NCBI GenBank assembly: GCA_048886185.1 | Contig: JBHLKY010000004.1 | Coordinates: 202,576-234,575 of the forward strand | Direction: 5' to 3' | Source of the DNA: Candidatus Hermodarchaeota archaeon | GTDB taxonomy: Archaea > Asgardarchaeota > Heimdallarchaeia > Hodarchaeales > Hodarchaeaceae | DNA: 32,000 nucleotides | Part shown: one piece after another, positions 26,763-32,000 of the stretch | How the letters are laid out: the number at the start of each line of letters is the position of its first letter | Numbering within the stretch: position 1 is the stretch's first letter | The notes under the pieces: model-generated | Told to the model about the DNA's origin: nothing | Database searches by the model: none | The model's input: only the letters and a program-made list of their open reading frames with translations | Program-made: the position numbers and the translations under genes

Positions 26763-27869
26763 TTATAGATTCCTCGTCTGACCAAAACTATTGAAAGCTT
26801 TCAAGAAAAATAACGCACTGGCAAAGGAGGTGTATACTAATGCATGCGTTGTTTCTTCTTTTATTGAATAAATTTCATTAAAATGTTCAATAATTGCTTG
26901 TTTACTGTATTTTAGGAAAGTTTCATTTGCAGGAACATTTACTTTGTGATAATTTTTAATTGTCCAGTTGTGAATTTTACTGTAAAGTTCAGGTTCAAAA
27001 ATTTTAAGTACATCCCAAGCAATTGTCATCCAATTTGTGCCAACATTACCTTTACCAAGATAATCTTTTGGAAAATCGGAAGCAATAATATCTAGTGGTG
27101 TTCCAGTTATTCCATGTTGAGCAATTTTTACACCCATTGGTTTAAGGGCCGCTCCAATTCTTTTTGTTAGCTCAATGTCAATTCCAACCTGCGGTAATGG
27201 ATTCCCATGTTGATCATACTGAAATCCATGAACTGAACCATTAGCAATAGCCAAGAATTGGGGATATATGCCATTTTCTTTTAAAGCTTCTAAGAATGTT
27301 GATGCCTCATTTACTGTTGTTTTTACTAATCCTGTTTTTGGATCTTCTTTTCCAATTTCACCTACTTCTACTTCTAAACCAAAATTCTTATGGCCTAATT
27401 TGTCTTCTATAAAATGAGTAACTTCAGTTGTCGCTTCAATATTCATTGCTAAATGTTCTCTGTCATTAACGCCAGCTGGATCGTACATAAAGCTTGCATC
27501 AATAGCAAAGGACGTATAACCAGCTTCGATCTGAGCTGTTATTAGTTCTTTAACCCCTGGCATATCATCCATTTTTCCTATCTTAATATGGTCTCCATGA
27601 ATAATATAATAAGGGTATTGAATCCTAGTAGCGGCCTCATTAACAAATTTTGCATATTTATCAGGAGTTAAACCTGTATACCCTCCTTTGAGATCAGATT
27701 CAGATTTAGCTAATTCAAAAATGATAGGGGATTGTGTATCCTTAGCTGCTCGAAGAATACCTTCAACCACACCCCAAGCTATTCGAGTGTTGCATGCCAT
27801 TATAATACAATCCCTTTTGAAGAGCTTATCATAAAAAGGTTTTCCCCACATTGGTTTATAATTATTCAT
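26763..27869 (-). CDS. fba: Class II (metal-dependent) fructose-bisphosphate aldolase
   Basis: IHGDH, FAIDAS, GLEVEVGEIG, ANGSVHG, AQHGITG, KGNVGT. Confidence 0.88.
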   Translation of the reverse strand: MNNYKPMWGKPFYDKLFKRDCIIMACNTRIAWGVVEGILRAAKDTQSPIIFELAKSESDLKGGYTGLTPDKYAKFVNEAATRIQYPYYIIHGDHIKIGKMDDMPGVKELITAQIEAGYTSFAIDASFMYDPAGVNDREHLAMNIEATTEVTHFIEDKLGHKNFGLEVEVGEIGKEDPKTGLVKTTVNEASTFLEALKENGIYPQFLAIANGSVHGFQYDQHGNPLPQVGIDIELTKRIGAALKPMGVKIAQHGITGTPLDIIASDFPKDYLGKGNVGTNWMTIAWDVLKIFEPELYSKIHNWTIKNYHKVNVPANETFLKYSKQAIIEHFNEIYSIKEETTHALVYTSFASALFFLKAFNSFGQTRNL

Positions 27870-27992
27870 GATTCGTAAACCTCAATACATTGTTTCTGCA
27901 TGAGTTTTGTGCTGAAAAAGTATTTTTCCACTAATTATTTCTTCCCAATAATTTTATTGAAATAATCGATGCATATGATAAAAGTGTGGTGA

Positions 27993-28718
27993 ATGAGATT
28001 GGAATTGACAGATCTCTCTCTAGATATTTATCTAATACGTCATGCTGATGCCCCTGCTGGTTTTCCAAACCATTGGAGTTCCTTATCGACTCCCCTTAGT
28101 CAAATTGGTATAAAACAAGCTAAAAATTTAGCTGAACAGCTCAAAAATCACTCTTTTGATGCAATCTTTACAAGCCCTTTTACACGAGCTAAACAAACTG
28201 CAGAAATCATTGCTGATATTTGTGAACAAGTAGAAATTCAAGAACAGAATTGGCTGGCCGAAATAGATGTGGGAGAGTGGGCTGGACGTCTTAAAAGTGG
28301 AATTAATCACAAAATTTCTTCTACTGTAAAAGAGTTTTTACGAAAGGGATATAAGGAAAGAGGGCCTCTTGTTTCAGGATTACTATCCATCGATAAAAAA
28401 TTTTCATTCCCTTCAGGTGAAAGTCTCGAAAATTTTTGGAATCGTGTTACTAAGGGTTTTAATGAGACTTTGAACCAGTTTAGGGGTCTCTCAAGTAAGA
28501 ATCTTTGTTTTATTGGTCATGGAGGTTCATTTTCAGTTATTGTTTTGAATTTAATTAACAAATCCTTCAAAGACGACAATTTTCCCGTTTTCATGTTTAA
28601 TAAAGCTGACTTGACTCTCATCCGTATAAAAAATAGACAGGTCTTCTTCTTACAGATAAATCCTTTCAGATGTCCTCCAAAGGAGGTTATTTCTGTTTCT
28701 AACGGGAAGTTAGATTAA
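27993..28718 (+). CDS. Histidine phosphatase family (phosphoglycerate mutase-like) protein
   Basis: YLIRHADA, FTSPFTRAKQTA, LAEIDVGEWAG, GESLENF, IGHGG. Confidence 0.88.
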   Translation: MRLELTDLSLDIYLIRHADAPAGFPNHWSSLSTPLSQIGIKQAKNLAEQLKNHSFDAIFTSPFTRAKQTAEIIADICEQVEIQEQNWLAEIDVGEWAGRLKSGINHKISSTVKEFLRKGYKERGPLVSGLLSIDKKFSFPSGESLENFWNRVTKGFNETLNQFRGLSSKNLCFIGHGGSFSVIVLNLINKSFKDDNFPVFMFNKADLTLIRIKNRQVFFLQINPFRCPPKEVISVSNGKLD

Positions 28719-28722
28719 TTTA

Positions 28723-29418
28723 TCAAATATACATTATTAGAATCAAAAAAAATATCCATGTCAACAGTCTGATAATGTCAATTTTTCTAAAATTTACAGT
28801 ACGATAATGAGAACGTTTCTGAATTTCGAATCCTCTGAAATAAAGAGATTGTGCTAAAAATTCAGACCTGTAAAGAACAGAGGCCACAAAAATTGAGAGT
28901 ATTTTTGGTAACCATCGAAGAAAGAAGCCTCTAATTTCACCACGGAGAGTAAGTGTTTCAAAAGTTTCCTCTGCATCTTTGGCCACACGAGGAACCATAG
29001 TTAATGCAAGCGCAGGTAAAAGAGCCCATTTGGGGGGAAATTTACATTTTTCTAAGATTCGTGTTAGATCGGAAGGATTTGTGACTGCAAAGAAAAAAGA
29101 ACAGGAAAAAGCTCCAATTAATAATCGTAATATTATAAGAAATGCTCGTATTAATCCTCCAAAAATAAAAGATAATATCCCAAGAAAAATTAGCAACGGA
29201 ATTATAGCACGAAACAGACTTAGAGTATCGTGAAGATTGTTATAAAGCATATTTTCTAATACTACTAAAAAAAATAGAAGAACTAAAATTGATATATCGT
29301 TCACTATTAATATCATAAATTGAAGACCTAAAATCAACATTCCAACTAATGGATGCACATGTACAGCATCAGGATGAAACAGAAAACCTTGGTATACTCG
29401 TCGAAGCATGAATGCCAT
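28723..29418 (-). CDS. ecfT: ECF transporter transmembrane T component
   Basis: Hydrophobic N-half, TNPSDL, ALTMVPRV and two XRG coupling motifs (TLRG, YFRG). Overlaps the upstream ATPase gene. Confidence 0.8.
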   Translation of the reverse strand: MAFMLRRVYQGFLFHPDAVHVHPLVGMLILGLQFMILIVNDISILVLLFFLVVLENMLYNNLHDTLSLFRAIIPLLIFLGILSFIFGGLIRAFLIILRLLIGAFSCSFFFAVTNPSDLTRILEKCKFPPKWALLPALALTMVPRVAKDAEETFETLTLRGEIRGFFLRWLPKILSIFVASVLYRSEFLAQSLYFRGFEIQKRSHYRTVNFRKIDIIRLLTWIFFLILIMYI

Positions 29419-30206
29419 TAAAAAACCTTACCATCTATTAAAAACTGATTAAATTCTCCTGATGTAAGACTATGAGGAATTTTTTTTCCTGTTTTTTCTT
29501 CCAAAAAAGTTATTAACCGTACAATTTGATTTGGTATTAATTCAGTATTTTTTTCAAGTTTAAACAAAATTTCTTGGGGTGTACCTTGGAGAAATGGAGA
29601 TCCGTTTTGAATTATGAGTAATTCATCAAGTTTTGGAAAGATTCGTGCATCATTGGTTGAGACAATCACTAGTTTCCTTTGTTGTTTTGCTTGACTAAGG
29701 AGTTGAAAAAGTAAATTTCTTCCTCTAAAATCAAGTCCAATTGTTGGCTCATCTATGAGTAATAATCTGCTTGGTATTTGAAATGCAATGAATAATGCAA
29801 TTAATCTACGTTGTCCTTCACTTAAATGATAGAGTTTTTTATCAGCTATAGAGTTTAGACTATATTTATCTAATAGAGCATTCACAATCTTTTGTTCATT
29901 GATAATACGACTCAGATCCTTTTTTGGGGTAGGACCTATTAAGAAAAGTCTTGCGTTCTCTGGAACATATGTGATTTTTCCTTTCTGCTTGAATTTTTTG
30001 ATCTCTCCTTGATCGAGCAGAATACTTCCATGGTTTGGAGTTAAATTACCAGTCAGAAGTCTAAGAAGAGTTGTTTTACCACTCCCATTTTTACCTAATA
30101 GCCCAATTGATCCAGCTTGATCCTTTTGCCAGCTGAAGGAATTAAGAATGTATTTTTTTGTGCCTGGATAACGAAATGAAAGATCTTTTATGGAAATTAT
30201 AGCCAT
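29418..30206 (-). CDS. ecfA: ECF transporter ATPase (degenerate copy)
   Basis: Walker A GKNGSGKTT, signature LSEGQRR, Walker B LLIDEPT. The Q-loop reads VPEN and the H-loop reads STND. Confidence 0.82.
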   Translation of the reverse strand: MAIISIKDLSFRYPGTKKYILNSFSWQKDQAGSIGLLGKNGSGKTTLLRLLTGNLTPNHGSILLDQGEIKKFKQKGKITYVPENARLFLIGPTPKKDLSRIINEQKIVNALLDKYSLNSIADKKLYHLSEGQRRLIALFIAFQIPSRLLLIDEPTIGLDFRGRNLLFQLLSQAKQQRKLVIVSTNDARIFPKLDELLIIQNGSPFLQGTPQEILFKLEKNTELIPNQIVRLITFLEEKTGKKIPHSLTSGEFNQFLIDGKVF

Positions 30207-30249
30207 TAATATCCCAAAAGTGATTCTATCATGCTTTTTTTACAATTCT

Positions 30250-31068
30250 TCAGTAGATTTCAAAGAATTTCTTTAGAAATTGGTCTGATGCCTCGTTTAA
30301 AGACAAAAATTGATTAGCCCTGCCGTTCCAATTCAATTCTGAAACTTCAGGCAAGTCAACATGCTTTATCATTTCTATGAGTGATCGTGGTTCGCCATCA
30401 CCGATTAATCGGCCATTTTCAAGAATTAACACGCGATCTGCTAAAGGTAATAAGTAATCTAAACGATGTTCAAAAGCAAGTACAAGATGACCCTGTTGCT
30501 TTAATTTATACAAGATATTAGCTAATATAATTTCACTCTTAGGATCAATCCGAGCCATTGGTTCGTCTAAAATTAATAGTGGAGGTTGGGGTGCTAGAGC
30601 AGCTGCTAAGGCTACTCTTTGTAACTCCCCTGAACTTAATTCGGTCATCAATCTATATTGAAGATGAGTAATTTCTAGTTGTTCGAATACTGCTTGAATT
30701 CGCTCTTGGATCGTATCAGGGGGAAAAGCTAAATTCTCAAGAACAAAAGCGACCTCTTCCTCAACCAACATACTTGTAATAAAGTCTGCTGGATACTGAG
30801 GAACATAACCCACTTTTTGAACAATATCCTTTCTAGCTAGTTCACTGACTGTTACACCTTGAATTCTAATTTTCCCTAGAACCTCTGCTTTAACGAACGT
30901 GGGGATTAATCCTAAGATTGATTGAGCAAGCGTGCTTTTTCCACACCCGCTAGTACCTGCTACAATAATTAATTCTTCTCTAGAAATGGAGAGATTAATA
31001 TCTTTCAGAGCTTGGATGGATGAATCCTGATATCTTACGGAAAATTTACTGATCTCTAATAATGGCAA
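30250..31068 (-). CDS. ecfA: ECF transporter ATPase
   Basis: Walker A GTSGCGKST, Q-loop VPQYP, signature LSSGELQR, Walker B LILDEP, H-loop FEHR. TTG start. Confidence 0.88.
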   Translation of the reverse strand: MPLLEISKFSVRYQDSSIQALKDINLSISREELIIVAGTSGCGKSTLAQSILGLIPTFVKAEVLGKIRIQGVTVSELARKDIVQKVGYVPQYPADFITSMLVEEEVAFVLENLAFPPDTIQERIQAVFEQLEITHLQYRLMTELSSGELQRVALAAALAPQPPLLILDEPMARIDPKSEIILANILYKLKQQGHLVLAFEHRLDYLLPLADRVLILENGRLIGDGEPRSLIEMIKHVDLPEVSELNWNGRANQFLSLNEASDQFLKKFFEIY

Positions 31069-31146
31069 TTCTCATATAACTCCATTTTATTTAATTGAAA
31101 GTGAAGAGAGGGAGAGGAGTTTATTTAGACTTCATCATAGGACGTC

Positions 31147-31995
31147 TTAAGATATTCTTCCACGCTTTAAACCAAGTTCTCTTAGGTTATAATAAATTGG
31201 AACTGCTATAACAATTCCAAACACTACTTGTGCTATGTTAAAGGGGACTTCACTCAATGCTCCTCCAAATGGTACACTTAAGACAAAAATTTCATACAAA
31301 AAATATCCTACTACAATGATTGGTCCAGCTAAAAGACAAGATAAAACCATTCGACCTTTCTCACCCATTTTAAGTTCCACAACCCAAATTATTAAGATTA
31401 AAAGCAGAACAACGAATAGGATAAGAATTCCAGGAATCTCATATGGTAATTCCTGCTGAGTAACGCCAAATGGAAGCCAAAAATGGAAGTCAAATATGCC
31501 AGGGAGTTCAAAAACCAATTCTTGTTTATCTCCTAAGCTAAAACCAAAAATAATAAAAGCTCCTTGGATTATAGATGAACCTTCAATATCTTCGCTCAAG
31601 AGTGGGTTCAACAAAGCTCTTTGTAACCATGGGGTAGTAACAAACACAGCAAAGCTGACTAGAAAGAGAGAAATCAATGAAAGGACTAAATATCTTACTT
31701 TTTGATCGATTTCTTTTCCTCTATGATAAATAAATCCAACAGTGAACCCTTCCATTCCTTTAAATATCAAAGTTCCTGGAGCAAAGATCCCATATCCGAG
31801 TACCATGTCAGCCATTGCAGCTCCAACTCCTCCAGCCAGTGCACCAACTATAGGACCACCAACTAACGCAGCAAGATAAATAAATGCCTCACCTATATTA
31901 AAGAATCCTGTAGAAGATACTAATGCTATGTAAAACAATGAAGTTGAAAGAAAAACCATTGAAATGAATGCTGCAGCCATGGCAATCTCTCTCAT
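31147..31995 (-). CDS. ECF transporter S component with a large internal insertion; start may lie at or beyond the window edge
   Basis: REIAMAAAF, GFFNIGEAFIYLAALVGGPIVGALAGGVG..DMVLGY..APGTLIFKG.EG and EVPFNIAQ. The frame stays open to the end of the window. Confidence 0.8.
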   Translation of the reverse strand: MREIAMAAAFISMVFLSTSLFYIALVSSTGFFNIGEAFIYLAALVGGPIVGALAGGVGAAMADMVLGYGIFAPGTLIFKGMEGFTVGFIYHRGKEIDQKVRYLVLSLISLFLVSFAVFVTTPWLQRALLNPLLSEDIEGSSIIQGAFIIFGFSLGDKQELVFELPGIFDFHFWLPFGVTQQELPYEIPGILILFVVLLLILIIWVVELKMGEKGRMVLSCLLAGPIIVVGYFLYEIFVLSVPFGGALSEVPFNIAQVVFGIVIAVPIYYNLRELGLKRGRIS

Positions 31996-32000
31996 GGTCA

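Noticed and set aside
1161-31705. Short nested or antisense ORFs in the track (e.g. 1161-1403, 1215-1457, 2861-3058, 4087-4299, 8978-9376, 16452-16775, 17745-17972, 19828-20082, 28979-29233, 31235-31459)
   Set aside because: They overlap well-supported longer genes and read like shadow translations.

Overview
AT-rich, gene-dense archaeal chromosomal window. It is most consistent with an Asgard archaeon (Heimdallarchaeia/Hodarchaeales-like); this is inferred from a DGGGP synthase, roadblock- and longin-type small proteins, a DUF35/thiolase pair, a WD40 membrane protein and a tandem Lrp-like regulator. No rRNA, tRNA, CRISPR array or transposase was recognised. In order, the window holds: a roadblock-coiled-coil gene; a minus-strand thiolase-like/DUF35/acetoacetate-CoA ligase operon; a plus-strand run of a eukaryote GK5-like glycerol kinase, an orphan N6-adenine methyltransferase, DGGGP synthase and a CPBP protease; a DUF355 kinase; three large surface proteins (polysaccharide deacetylase, VWA, and WD40-Ca repeat-TM-RING-like); an MFS transporter; a degenerate Hef-like helicase; DinB; longin plus a hypothetical; a tandem Lrp/AsnC regulator; EamA; class II aldolase; a histidine phosphatase; and an ECF transporter module. 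Two elements are missing from the ORF track. (1) A 50-codon ORF at 23156..23308 (-) has a strong SD, a signal-peptide-like body and a short DPTTTPPTP tail. It is divergent from the tandem-Lrp regulator and is followed by mutually exclusive hairpins. This is the best candidate for an undescribed system: peptide signalling or attenuation in an Asgard archaeon. (2) A multiply disrupted iron-sulfur flavoprotein pseudogene lies at 26094..26736 (-). The second-best candidate is the single-pass WD40 receptor-like protein with a cytoplasmic Not4-like RING domain. All family assignments come from motif recognition, not from database searches.
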